DNA of 64,000 nucleotides. Source: an uncultured virus (IMG/VR IMGVR_UViG_2882234885_000002) (Duplodnaviria; Heunggongvirae; Uroviricota; Caudoviricetes). Location: the IMG/VR virus record IMGVR_UViG_2882234885_000002; one strand, 5' to 3'. The notes below the pieces were generated by a model. The model was given only the letters and a program-made list of their open reading frames with translations, made no database searches and had not been told where the DNA came from. Positions 17,348-26,564 of this stretch are shown one piece after another. A program made the translations under genes and the position numbers. Position 1 is the first letter of the stretch, and every line of letters starts with the position of its first letter.

Positions 17348-17665
17348 ATGGGCATCTACGGTGCGGCGCTGAGGGAGCTTGAGCAATACCGGAGGGATGA
17401 GGCGGCGGGCCTGCTGCTGCGCCTGCCGGTCCCCCTGGGGGCTACGGTATGGCGGGTACGGGATAACCCGGTCTGTCACTATGGGGTCCGGGAGGCTGAG
17501 AAATTCCTCTTTGGCCGAGTAGTCACCCCGCGCCGCATCGTGGAGCCTACGCCCTTTACCCTGGCCCTGCTGGACGCCTGGGGAAAGACCGTATTCTCCA
17601 CCGAGGCTGAGGGGAGGACGATGTTAGAGCATGACACCAAGCGAGAGGGCGAAAGCGGCCCTTAG
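17348..17665 (+). CDS. Hypothetical phage protein
   Basis: GLLLRLPVPLG..VW...WGKTVFSTEAE motif common in Firmicutes phages. Confidence 0.6.
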   Translation: MGIYGAALRELEQYRRDEAAGLLLRLPVPLGATVWRVRDNPVCHYGVREAEKFLFGRVVTPRRIVEPTPFTLALLDAWGKTVFSTEAEGRTMLEHDTKREGESGP

Positions 17666-18167
17666 ATACCAGAACCGGAAGAACCGCGCCCAGGGAGCCT
17701 TTTTTGAGCAGATGATAAACGGGGCCTGCGACTTCTACCGGAGCCGCCAGATCGCTGACATTGAGAAGACGCCGGAGCCGATGCAGCCGACTAAGGACCT
17801 GGGCGGCGGGAAGTTCATCGCGCACTACACCAGCACGGCTCAGGCCGACTACAAGGGCTTTCTGTTCGGAGGCCGGGCGGTCAACTTCGAGGCCAAGTAC
17901 ACCGACGTTGAGAAGATGACCCAGGACCGCGTGACAGCGGACCAGACGGAGCGCCTGGAGCGGGCGCATCAATTCGGAGCCGTGGCCTTTGTCCTGTGCT
18001 CCTTTGGGTCCGTGGGATTTTACCGCATCCCATGGACAGTGTGGCGGGACATGAAAGGCCGGTTTGGGCATAAGTACATCACGCCCCAGGAGGCAGCGCC
18101 CTATGAGGTCCGCATCGGCGGCCCCGGTGTGCTGTTGTTCCTGGAGGGATTGGAGGACAGACCATGA
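17631..18167 (+). CDS. recU: Holliday junction resolvase RecU-like
   Basis: G..FEQMIN..C..Y...IADIEKTPEP...ADYKG...NFEAKYT. Confidence 0.85.
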   Translation: MTPSERAKAALRYQNRKNRAQGAFFEQMINGACDFYRSRQIADIEKTPEPMQPTKDLGGGKFIAHYTSTAQADYKGFLFGGRAVNFEAKYTDVEKMTQDRVTADQTERLERAHQFGAVAFVLCSFGSVGFYRIPWTVWRDMKGRFGHKYITPQEAAPYEVRIGGPGVLLFLEGLEDRP

Positions 18168-18391
18168 GTAATTTCCAGAAAGACGTCCAGCTTCTTGCGG
18201 ACCTCCAGGGCCTCATTGAGAAGCGGGAGAAGCAAGTCAACCCGCCGGAGGGCAGCACCGCCATCATGGGCGCGATCTCGCCGGTGCTGCGGGCCGCTAT
18301 GCCGGCCGCACAGAAAGCGGCCCAGCGTGAGCTTGACATCCTGGTCCGGGTGAAAAACCGCCTGGGCGAGCTGATGGAGGGTCAGAGATGA
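18164..18391 (+). CDS. Hypothetical phage protein
   Basis: Translationally coupled ORF, GGAGG RBS. Confidence 0.6.
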   Translation: MSNFQKDVQLLADLQGLIEKREKQVNPPEGSTAIMGAISPVLRAAMPAAQKAAQRELDILVRVKNRLGELMEGQR

Positions 18392-18612
18392 GCGCCCGCC
18401 GGGAGCACCGTCTCCGCAACCTGGAGCGCCGGGTCGCGGAGCTGGAGACCATCGCCGCTACTCCGGTGTTCATCCACACCAAGGGAGACGGCGGAGAGGA
18501 CTACGTTTTGGAAGCCGTGTGGAGCAAGGAGGAAGCCGACACCCACCCCGACAAGCGGCTGAGCCTGCTGGACCGGCTCAAAAATATCTTTACTGGAGGA
18601 CATGAGAAATGA
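18388..18612 (+). CDS. Hypothetical phage protein
   Basis: Translationally coupled ORF, GGAGG RBS. Confidence 0.55.
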   Translation: MSARREHRLRNLERRVAELETIAATPVFIHTKGDGGEDYVLEAVWSKEEADTHPDKRLSLLDRLKNIFTGGHEK

Positions 18613-19094
18613 AACAGTACATCGGGACCAAGATTATTGAGGCCGAGCCTGCCTACCGCTGCATGGACGGTCAGGGGCGCGTCACCATCACCGATGACCC
18701 GTCCGAGGCGTTCCCCAACTTCCCCAGCGTGGAGGACGGCTACCGCGTCCGGTATGCGGACGGGTATGTGAGCTGGTCCCCCAAGGACACGTTTGAGCGG
18801 GCCTATCTTCCCCTGGAGACCAACAAGGAGCTGCGGACCGGCAAGCCCAGCATCAGTCAGGAGATGGTGGACAACTTCATCCTGGAGACCTGGACGCAGA
18901 CCGCCGGGGAGAAGACTACCATCGTCCGGGCCATGCTGCGGAATGGCTTTGAGCTGGTGGAGGCGTCTTCCTGCGTAAGCCCTGAAAACTACGATGAGAA
19001 GCTGGGCCGCGAAATCTGCATGAAGAAAATCAAGGACCGCGTCTGGTATCTCCTGGGCTTTCTGCTCCAGACTGCGGTTAATGGCGTCAAGTGA
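18609..19094 (+). CDS. Two-domain protein: YIGTK/GYVSWSPK domain plus Phage gp49/66-family domain
   Basis: MKQYIGTKIIEAEP...DGYVSWSPKDTFERAY; TTIVRAMLRNGF...SSCVSPENYDEKLGREIC...VWYLLGFLLQ. Confidence 0.75.
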   Translation: MKQYIGTKIIEAEPAYRCMDGQGRVTITDDPSEAFPNFPSVEDGYRVRYADGYVSWSPKDTFERAYLPLETNKELRTGKPSISQEMVDNFILETWTQTAGEKTTIVRAMLRNGFELVEASSCVSPENYDEKLGREICMKKIKDRVWYLLGFLLQTAVNGVK

Positions 19095-19111
19095 GCTGTG
19101 GAGGTTTAGGT

Positions 19112-19429
19112 ATGGATAAGAATATTGCCGATCTGCTGGAGCTGATTAAGGCTCACCCGGAGCTGCCCATCGTCCCGATGGTGGACAGCGAGATTGTCTG
19201 TGATGAGGGCTACGCCCGCTGGCTGGGGTCCTGGGGCGCGGCCAGCGTCACAAAGTACCTGGTGTCGGAAGAGCACATCTTTTTCTTTGACGATGAAGAT
19301 GTTGAGGCCCTCCTCATCGAAGTAAAGGGGTACGATGAATTTCTCTCCATGACGGATAAGGAGGCCCAGGAAGCCTACAACGCCCTCCCCTGGGTGGAGT
19401 GCATCGCCGTAGACATCAATCTGCCATGA
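19112..19429 (+). CDS. Hypothetical phage protein
   Basis: LLELIKAHPELPIVPMVD motif; start uncertain (19091 or 19112). Confidence 0.6.
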   Translation: MDKNIADLLELIKAHPELPIVPMVDSEIVCDEGYARWLGSWGAASVTKYLVSEEHIFFFDDEDVEALLIEVKGYDEFLSMTDKEAQEAYNALPWVECIAVDINLP

Positions 19430-19716
19430 GCTGCTATGGGTGCGCCTGCGATCACTGTCTCTACAATGCGGAGCTTGAGGCGTGGTACATGACGCCGGGC
19501 GAGGTCCAGAACGCCGAGGACATCTGCTTCTGCTGCGATGAGTGCAAGCACTACGACGGCGACTTCTCCAAGCGCAGCCAGTGGCGCCCGGACTGCCCAA
19601 GGCACAAGCTCCCGGAAAAGTACCTTGAGATGCAGAGGATAGTCGAACAGCGGAGAGCGAGGGCCGCAGAGACGCGCCGGAGAAACTTCCAGATCATAAA
19701 GGGCGGGAAGCCCTGA
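19426..19716 (+). CDS. Cys-rich hypothetical protein
   Basis: ATG overlaps the previous stop; CYGCACDHC, CFCCDEC. Confidence 0.6.
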   Translation: MSCYGCACDHCLYNAELEAWYMTPGEVQNAEDICFCCDECKHYDGDFSKRSQWRPDCPRHKLPEKYLEMQRIVEQRRARAAETRRRNFQIIKGGKP

Positions 19717-19796
19717 GCAAATAAAAAAGCCGCCTCCCCCGGAGGGAAGACAGCCCGTGACAAAGCTATTTTACCACATGGGAGGCGACAAAATCA

Positions 19797-20306
19797 ATGG
19801 GCAAATCACAGGAGAACATCAGGGACATCATCATGCAGGCCGTTGAAGCCGGACGCATCTCTGCCGAGCGCACCGCCAAAGATGCTTTCAAGGCTACTGA
19901 GCGCCGTCTCTACGGCCTGCCCACCCTGAAAATCAAGCTGGAGGATGACCTTGAGCGGCTGGAAGAGTTCAAGCTCTACGGGCCGCGAGAGCGGAGCAAG
20001 AGCATCACCCGGTTTGTCAAGAACGGGAACCGGCTCACCCCGGATGAGATATGGGAGGCCGTTCTCATGGACATGGAGGCCACCATCGCGGCGGACCGCT
20101 ATGAGATTGAGACCCTGGAGCGTGCGCTCGCCACGGTCCGGGATGACCCCTATTACCGGGCGCTGTCCGGGAAGTACCTGGATGACGTGGACGATAGGGA
20201 CATAGCTGAGGCCCTGGAGTGTGATACCTCCACCGTCTGGCGGCACCGAAAGAGGCTTGTGCAGCGCGTCGCAGTCTGGCTATACGGCGCGGAAGCCTTG
20301 AGATAA
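19797..20306 (+). CDS. Late transcriptional activator (ArpU/RinA-like, sigma region 4 HTH)
   Basis: Last gene of the early operon; C-terminal IAEALECDTSTVWRHRKRLV HTH. Confidence 0.75.
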   Translation: MGKSQENIRDIIMQAVEAGRISAERTAKDAFKATERRLYGLPTLKIKLEDDLERLEEFKLYGPRERSKSITRFVKNGNRLTPDEIWEAVLMDMEATIAADRYEIETLERALATVRDDPYYRALSGKYLDDVDDRDIAEALECDTSTVWRHRKRLVQRVAVWLYGAEALR

Positions 20307-20311
20307 GGGCT

Positions 20312-20367
20312 TGCAATTTTGCCGTGCAATTTTACAATTTGACGGTGCAATTTATCTGTGTTATACT
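20312..20367 (+). promoter_or_regulatory. Putative activator-dependent late promoter
   Basis: TGCAATTT x3 (20312, 20325, 20346) followed by TG-T-TATACT (20359-20367). Confidence 0.55.
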
Positions 20368-20443
20368 CATCCACAATGAAAGAGTGTGGGTAGAGAAAAC
20401 CGTCATAAATACCAAGTTCACGGCATATTTTTTGGGAAAACCT

Positions 20444-20472
20444 GTGACAAAAGCCCTGAAATGTGGTATAAT
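20444..20472 (+). promoter_or_regulatory. Sigma70-type promoter for the HAD gene
   Basis: GTGACA-N17-TATAAT with extended TG. Confidence 0.65.
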
Positions 20473-20505
20473 TACGGTAGGAAAAAGCAAAGGAGTAACT
20501 AACCT

Positions 20506-20982
20506 ATGAAAAACATCTGCCTACTCGATCTAAACTACACCCTGGTAGGAAACCAGGCGGACACGCGAATGCTCCGGCCATTCTCCCGGCGCATGGAGGC
20601 CGAAGAGTACCGGGCCGATCTGATTGAGGCCATCCGGGATGACTATGTTATCATCGTGACGGCCAGACCGGACTACCAGATGAAGCAGACTATGGCGAAC
20701 ATCAAGCGGAAGACCGGCTGGCAGCCCCAGGAGTGGTACTTCAACGACATCAACGCGGAGCCTCCGGTCTTCAAGGAGAGCGCCCTCCGGCGCTTCATCC
20801 TGCCCCGGCACGGCGCACAGAACGGCCCGGAGGGGGCGCACTACTACGCGGTGGAGAGCAATCCGAAGACGCGGGCCATGTATGCGCGGTTCGGTATTGA
20901 GGCCGCCCCCTATGACCGCTTCATCAAATCGGCGGGCATGGCGAGGGTCCCGGCTTTCGACCAATGCAGCTTATTCGGATAA
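20506..20982 (+). CDS. HAD-superfamily (PNKP-like) hydrolase-like protein
   Basis: ICLLDLNYTLV (degenerate DxD), IIVTARP, conserved K, AVES motif. Confidence 0.65.
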   Translation: MKNICLLDLNYTLVGNQADTRMLRPFSRRMEAEEYRADLIEAIRDDYVIIVTARPDYQMKQTMANIKRKTGWQPQEWYFNDINAEPPVFKESALRRFILPRHGAQNGPEGAHYYAVESNPKTRAMYARFGIEAAPYDRFIKSAGMARVPAFDQCSLFG

Positions 20983-21000
20983 CTGAATATCAGCCACCAG

Positions 21001-21030
21001 GCGGGACGCGAGAGCGCCCCGCTTTTTTAT
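21001..21030 (+). terminator. Rho-independent terminator
   Basis: GCGGGACGC-GAGA-GCGCCCCGC followed by a T tract. Confidence 0.65.
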
Positions 21031-21056
21031 TGCCCAAATCTGAAAGGAGTGGAAGC

Positions 21057-21668
21057 GTGGAAACCAGAGTAATCAAGCTGGCCGACATCAAACCGGCCCC
21101 CTATAACCCCAGGGTGCAGCTCACGCCCAAGGACCAGGAGTATAAAGCCCTGGACGCGAGCATTGAGGAAAACGGCCTGGTCCTGCCTCTCATCGTGAAC
21201 ATCCGGGACAACTGCCTGATCGGAGGACACCAGCGGCTTTCCGTCCTGCTGGCCGCCGGGGAGACGGAGACAAACGCCGTCGTGGTGGATATGCCGGAGG
21301 CCCAGGCCAAGGCGCTGTGCATCGCCCTGAACAAGCTGGACGGCGAATGGGACTACGGCCAACTGGCCGACATCATCCGGCAGCTCATCGACGATGGAGA
21401 GAACCTACTCGCCACCGGCTTTACCCAGGCAGACATTGACGATCTCCTGGGGGAAATCGGCGGTGAGCTGGGCGAGGATGAGGAACCGCCCTCCCTGGGC
21501 AAGAAAGAGGACACCGCCGACGGCATTAAGTGTATCGTGGGCGACTTCTCTTTCCGTCTGGAGGAAGCGGAGTTTGAGGACCTTATGGCAGACGTCCGGG
21601 AAAAGGTGGGCTTTACTCAGGAGCTTGTCTGCGCGGAGCTGAAAGGGAGGCTTTTCGATGAAGTATGA
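21057..21668 (+). CDS. ParB/Srx N-terminal domain protein
   Basis: IKPAPYNPR...SIEENGLVLPLIVN...IGGHQRL...ALNKLDGEWD; GTG at 21057 with AAAGGAG. Confidence 0.85.
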   Translation: METRVIKLADIKPAPYNPRVQLTPKDQEYKALDASIEENGLVLPLIVNIRDNCLIGGHQRLSVLLAAGETETNAVVVDMPEAQAKALCIALNKLDGEWDYGQLADIIRQLIDDGENLLATGFTQADIDDLLGEIGGELGEDEEPPSLGKKEDTADGIKCIVGDFSFRLEEAEFEDLMADVREKVGFTQELVCAELKGRLFDEV

Positions 21669-22341
21669 AACCAGACTGGAGATGCTGAAGCTCTCCGACA
21701 TCGTGGCCGCCCCGTATAACCCCCGTGAAGACATCGAGAGCGGAAGCGATGAGTACAAGGCCCTGCGCCGGAGTATTGAGCTTAACGGCATGGTGGAGCC
21801 GCCGGTCGTGAACCTCCACAATATGCGCTGCATTGGTGGTAATCAGCGCCTTGTGGTCCTCCGGGACCTGGGATGGAAAGAAGTGCTCTGCTCCGTCATC
21901 GACCAGCCGGACGAAAGCAAGGAGATGAAGCTCTGCCTTGCCCTGAACCGCATCGAGGGCCGCTGGGACACCGACCGCCTGGGCGAGCTGCTGCGGGATG
22001 ATGAGGTCCTGGAGTTTGAGACCGGCTTTGACCGCGATGAGGTCCTGGTCTACCGGCAGCTCGGCGGGGACGGCGAGGGCGAGGACGCCGACGATGACCC
22101 GGATTGGGACCAGGACGAAGACCCGGACGCCGAGGACGCCGACGGCGAGGAAGAGGACGAACCCGCCGGCGGTGACGATGAGCCCGCCATGGGGACTACG
22201 GTTGTCCGAATTGGACACCTACACTTCAAGGTCGAGGTCCCGCGCTACAAGCGCCTGGTCGAGAGCATCCGGGACGCCGGTATCTTCGACCAGGGAGAAA
22301 TTGCCCAGGAGATGAAACGGAGGTTGCTGCGCCATGATTAA
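21658..22341 (+). CDS. ParB/Srx N-terminal domain protein with acidic linker
   Basis: AAPYNPRE...SIELNGMVEPPVVN...IGGNQRL...ALNRIEGRWD. Confidence 0.85.
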   Translation: MKYETRLEMLKLSDIVAAPYNPREDIESGSDEYKALRRSIELNGMVEPPVVNLHNMRCIGGNQRLVVLRDLGWKEVLCSVIDQPDESKEMKLCLALNRIEGRWDTDRLGELLRDDEVLEFETGFDRDEVLVYRQLGGDGEGEDADDDPDWDQDEDPDAEDADGEEEDEPAGGDDEPAMGTTVVRIGHLHFKVEVPRYKRLVESIRDAGIFDQGEIAQEMKRRLLRHD

Positions 22342-23893
22342 ACTTGTCCCCATCGACGCTGTGCGAGCGTCGGAGTATAACCCCCGGCGCAACGACGAAA
22401 AGCGCCTTGCCCTCACAGAGCTGTCCCTCCGTAAGCTGGGCTTTCTGCTCCCGATCTACGCCGATGAGAGCGGCGAAATCCTGAGCGGACACCAGCGGCA
22501 CCTTGTAGCCTCCCGCATGGGCTTCCGGCAGATACCCGTGGAGTATGTGAGCGGAAAGACCCTGGGCGAGCGGCGGGCCGTGAACGTCCTGTTCAACCGG
22601 GCCACGAATGACCTCCAGAAGCAGGACACTTGCGCCATCATCCGACGCCGCCTCTATGAAATGGACATCGAGGCCATGACCGGGGAGCTGCCGGACATCG
22701 AGCCGGGGACCGAAGCATCATTCCCCTGCGTCTACGCCCTGCGTCGGATGGACGTCGTGAAGCTGGCAAAGCTCAATCACCGGAGCTTCGACACCCACAT
22801 CAAGCAGCTTGCAAAATCCCTGGAGCGCCGAATCGGGAACGCCATGCCGGTAGTCATCGGGGAGGCCGGGAACGTCATCAACGGGATAGGCCGCCTGCAA
22901 GTAGCAGCGGAGGCCGGCAGAAAGGTCATCGCCTGCGTCAAGGTGAGGCCGGAGCAAGAGGCTTTCGCGTCCTCCATGCTCAACCTGTTATCCATGGACT
23001 TTGACATGGAGAGCACCTACGCCGACGATCTGCGCTTCAACAGCTTCATGCGGGAGCGGAACACCAGGGAGACCGACGCCGAGGGCAACGCCGCCCTGGG
23101 GGACGGCTTCTTTAAGGGCGTGTTCCCGAAAAACTGCGGGCGGGACTTCTGCAAGCTGGAGGGCGCGGCCCTGGAGACCTGGCGCCGACACTACGGGTCC
23201 AGCGTGGTAGACTTTGGAGCCGGGAAGCTCAACAACACCAGGACGCTCCGCAAGGCCGGTATTCAGGTATCAGCCTTTGAGCCGTACTTCGTGACCGTGG
23301 GCGAGAAAATCCACAAGGAAAAGAGCCTGGAGATTGCCGCCCGCTTCCTGGACGAAGTTGAGGCCGGGACGCCGTATAGCAGCGTCTTTATCTCCAGCGT
23401 GTTCAACAGCGTACCCTTTATGGCGGACCGGAAGCAGATTGCGGTCATCGCGGCAGCCCTGTGCGCCCCGGACGGGATGGTGGTCTGCTGGTGCCAGAGC
23501 AACAAGGCCCCGCAGTTCGTGAACACGAAGAAAAAGTTCATGGCCGCAGAAAAAATCCTGACCTTTGACCTGGACTATGAGCCTAACACCATCCTGGGGG
23601 ACATCGGAGCACACCCCAAGGTCCAAAAGGGCCACACCGAGGAAGAGATGCGGGCGATCTTCGCCCCGTGCTTCCGTACCGTGAAGCGCCTGGAGATGAT
23701 AACAAAATTCTGGTACATGGAGGCGGCAGACCCGATTGTGGACCCTGCGGCCCTGGCCGCTGCGCTGGACTTTGAATTTGAGCTTCCCTACCCGGACGGC
23801 TCACGCATGGGACTGTCTCAGCGAGCGCGGGAAGCGTTTGAGCACCGGCTCGGTATTCGCCTGCCCCCTCCGACGAAAGGAGAGGCAAAATGA
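22334..23893 (+). CDS. ParB-ParB-class I methyltransferase fusion
   Basis: SEYNPR...ILSGHQRH; second VINGIGRL motif; VVDFGAGK SAM-binding motif; FISSVFNSVPF. Confidence 0.75.
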   Translation: MIKLVPIDAVRASEYNPRRNDEKRLALTELSLRKLGFLLPIYADESGEILSGHQRHLVASRMGFRQIPVEYVSGKTLGERRAVNVLFNRATNDLQKQDTCAIIRRRLYEMDIEAMTGELPDIEPGTEASFPCVYALRRMDVVKLAKLNHRSFDTHIKQLAKSLERRIGNAMPVVIGEAGNVINGIGRLQVAAEAGRKVIACVKVRPEQEAFASSMLNLLSMDFDMESTYADDLRFNSFMRERNTRETDAEGNAALGDGFFKGVFPKNCGRDFCKLEGAALETWRRHYGSSVVDFGAGKLNNTRTLRKAGIQVSAFEPYFVTVGEKIHKEKSLEIAARFLDEVEAGTPYSSVFISSVFNSVPFMADRKQIAVIAAALCAPDGMVVCWCQSNKAPQFVNTKKKFMAAEKILTFDLDYEPNTILGDIGAHPKVQKGHTEEEMRAIFAPCFRTVKRLEMITKFWYMEAADPIVDPAALAAALDFEFELPYPDGSRMGLSQRAREAFEHRLGIRLPPPTKGEAK

Positions 23894-24585
23894 GAGACAA
23901 CGTACACCCTGGGGAGAAATGGGAGTTCAACGGAGAAGTGGCCGCCTGCTTCGCCAATATGCTTGAGCGCAGCATCCCGGACTACCGATCTATGCGGGCG
24001 CTTACCTACAAGCTGGGCGAGCGCTTCATCCAGCCGGAGACCCTGATTGTGGATGTCGGGTGCAGTACCGGCCTGGCCGTGGAGCCATTCGTGGTGAAGT
24101 ACGGCCAGAGCAACAACTTTCTGCTGGTGGATAACGCACCGGCCATGGTGGAAGCCTGCGAGAAGCGCTTCCGGGCAGACGTCAACGTCACGGTCCGGCA
24201 AGGGAATATTTGGGAGTATTTGCCATTTGAGCAAAAGAGCAGCCTGGTCCTCTCCGTCCTGTCCATGCAGTTCATGCCGACGTCCTACCGGCCCCGGATG
24301 CTCAAGCAGATTTACGACGGCCTGACCGACGGCGGGGCGCTCATCTTTGTAGAGAAAATCCTCAGTGAAAACATGGATGACCTGATGGTGGACCTCTACT
24401 ACGAGATGAAGCGGGAGAACGGCTATACCGATGAGCAAATCATGTCCAAGCGGCGCAGCCTGGAAAATGTGCTGTCTCCGCTCAAGGCCGAGTGGAGCGT
24501 GGACATGATGCGGACCGCCGGTTTTCGGCAAGTCGATATGTTTTGGCGCTGCCTGAATTTCTGTGGCTGGATAGCCGTTAAGTGA
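23890..24585 (+). CDS. cmoA: CmoA-like carboxy-SAM synthase / SAM-dependent methyltransferase
   Basis: WEFNGEVA..F.NMLERSIPDY, DVGCSTG, MQF, IYDGL..GGALIFVEK, KRENGY..EQIMSKRRSLENV closely follow the CmoA pattern. Confidence 0.75.
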   Translation: MRDNVHPGEKWEFNGEVAACFANMLERSIPDYRSMRALTYKLGERFIQPETLIVDVGCSTGLAVEPFVVKYGQSNNFLLVDNAPAMVEACEKRFRADVNVTVRQGNIWEYLPFEQKSSLVLSVLSMQFMPTSYRPRMLKQIYDGLTDGGALIFVEKILSENMDDLMVDLYYEMKRENGYTDEQIMSKRRSLENVLSPLKAEWSVDMMRTAGFRQVDMFWRCLNFCGWIAVK

Positions 24586-24618
24586 CGGCTACCGGCCCCG
24601 AAAGGAGGGTAGATCGGA

Positions 24619-25134
24619 ATGCCGAAGCACAGAGACACCGAGCCGTGGGAGCGTCTGGAGGGCGAGGGTGTCAAAGCGTATGAGGCGTTTTCGGTCTACC
24701 TGGAGCTGGGGGAAGAGCGCAGCATCCGGGCGGTTGCTAAGCAGTTAAACAAAAGTACCACGCTCATAGGCCGATGGAGCCGCACCTATCAGTGGGTGGA
24801 GCGGACCGCCGCATACGACGTTGACGTCCAGAGGAAAGCCCATGCCCAGGCCGTCAAGAAGCGCCGGAAAATGGCTGACCGTCATATCAGCATCGCCCTG
24901 AAATTGCAGGAAAAGGCGTTGCAGGCCCTCAAGGACATGGACCCCAGCGAGATAGACCCGAAGAACCTTGTGGCGTTCATCCGGGAGGCTACCAAGCTGG
25001 AGCGTGAGAACCGCATGGAGCTGGAGGCCGACACAGCACCGGGCAAGGCGAATGAGCAGGCCGACAGCAGCCTTGCCGCCGTCATCTCTGAGGCGTGGGA
25101 ACGGAGGAAGCAGCAGAATGAACCTGACAAGTGA
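24619..25134 (+). CDS. Terminase small subunit
   Basis: PWERLEGE..KAYEAF..YLELGEERS HTH; directly upstream of TerL. Confidence 0.8.
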   Translation: MPKHRDTEPWERLEGEGVKAYEAFSVYLELGEERSIRAVAKQLNKSTTLIGRWSRTYQWVERTAAYDVDVQRKAHAQAVKKRRKMADRHISIALKLQEKALQALKDMDPSEIDPKNLVAFIREATKLERENRMELEADTAPGKANEQADSSLAAVISEAWERRKQQNEPDK

Positions 25135-26554
25135 CGCCATCCTCTACTACGCCGACAATCCGGTGGACTTCGTAGAGGACATTATACGGGCCAAGCCGGA
25201 CAGCAATCAAAAGGCCATCCTGAACAGTGTAGCGCAGTACCCCATGACCTCTGTTCGCTCCGGCCACGGTATCGGCAAGAGCGCGGTGGAGAGCTGGCTT
25301 GCCATCTGGTTTCTGACTACCAGGCCATATCCCAAGATACCCTGCACCGCCCCCACCCAGCACCAGCTATGGGACATCCTGTGGGCCGAGATTGCGAAAT
25401 GGCTCCGCAGTAACCCGGCCCTGTCTCAAGAGCTGATATGGACCAAGGAAAAGGTCTACATGAGAGGCCACCCGGAAGAGTGGTTCGCGGTAGGCCGGAC
25501 GGCCAGTAAGCCCGACGCCCTCCAGGGCTTTCACGCCGAGCACGTGCTCTACATCATCGACGAAGCCTCCGGCGTCCGAGATGAGATATTCGAGCCGGTC
25601 CTCGGCGCACTATCTACGGAGGGCGCAAAGCTGGTAATGTGTGGTAACCCCACGAAGATTACCGGCTTTTTCTATGACAGCCACCACAAGTCCCGCGAGC
25701 TTTACAACGCCATGCACATTGACGGGCGGGACAGCAGCCGAGTAGATCAGCAGTTCATCGACACCATCATTGATATGTTTGGTGAGGACAGCGACGTCTT
25801 TCGAGTCCGTGTGGCTGGGGAGTTCCCCAAGGCCCTGCCTGACAGCTTCATACCGATGGAGTGGGCAGAGCGGGCAAGCGAGGCTGAGGCCCCGGAGATT
25901 GACCGGGCGGCCCGCGTGGACATCGGGATTGACGTCGCCCGCTACGGCGATGACAGCAGCGTCCTATCCCCTGTCCTGGACAAGAAGCTCCAGGAAAAGC
26001 CGGAGATATACCACCACAACGACACCATGGAGCTGAGCGGCAAGGCCGTCCAGCTCATCAAGCGCTATGCCCTGGAGCAGCCCTGGGCAGAGATACACGT
26101 CAAAATCGACTGTGACGGCCTGGGCGTCGGCGTCTTTGACCGCCTCATGGAGCTGCGGGAGCAGATCGTGGAGGAAGTTCAGGCCCAGCGAGACCGCCGG
26201 TATGCCGACGATGAGGACGCCCCACCCCCGTTCTCCCTGGACATCGTGGAGTGTCACTTCGGCGGCGAGGGCGGCACCATCAGCGACGATGACCCCATCG
26301 ACTACCAGAACAGCACCGGCCTTATGTGGGGCGCGGTCCGGGAGGCCCTGCGGACGCAGAGCATCAAACTATATCCCGATGATAAGCAGATAAGCCAACT
26401 TTCCAACCGGAAATACGTGGTGAACAGCGCAGGCAAGATTGAGCTGGAGAGGAAAGAGGCCATGAAAAAGCGCGGCCTGTCCTCCCCGGATATGGGAGAC
26501 GCGCTGGCCCTGGCCCTGCATGACCCGCTGGTAAGCGACTGGAGCATTGACTAA
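25118..26554 (+). CDS. Terminase large subunit
   Basis: RSGHGIGKS Walker A, IIDEASG Walker B, GNPT, IGIDVARYGDD nuclease, SPDMGDALAL. Confidence 0.95.
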   Translation: MNLTSDAILYYADNPVDFVEDIIRAKPDSNQKAILNSVAQYPMTSVRSGHGIGKSAVESWLAIWFLTTRPYPKIPCTAPTQHQLWDILWAEIAKWLRSNPALSQELIWTKEKVYMRGHPEEWFAVGRTASKPDALQGFHAEHVLYIIDEASGVRDEIFEPVLGALSTEGAKLVMCGNPTKITGFFYDSHHKSRELYNAMHIDGRDSSRVDQQFIDTIIDMFGEDSDVFRVRVAGEFPKALPDSFIPMEWAERASEAEAPEIDRAARVDIGIDVARYGDDSSVLSPVLDKKLQEKPEIYHHNDTMELSGKAVQLIKRYALEQPWAEIHVKIDCDGLGVGVFDRLMELREQIVEEVQAQRDRRYADDEDAPPPFSLDIVECHFGGEGGTISDDDPIDYQNSTGLMWGAVREALRTQSIKLYPDDKQISQLSNRKYVVNSAGKIELERKEAMKKRGLSSPDMGDALALALHDPLVSDWSID

Positions 26555-26564
26555 GGAGGACACC

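Noticed and set aside
21057..22341. ParB genes as a plasmid-prophage partition system
   Set aside because: No ParA ATPase and no ParB HTH domain are seen; the context beside methyltransferases and terminase fits a modification cluster
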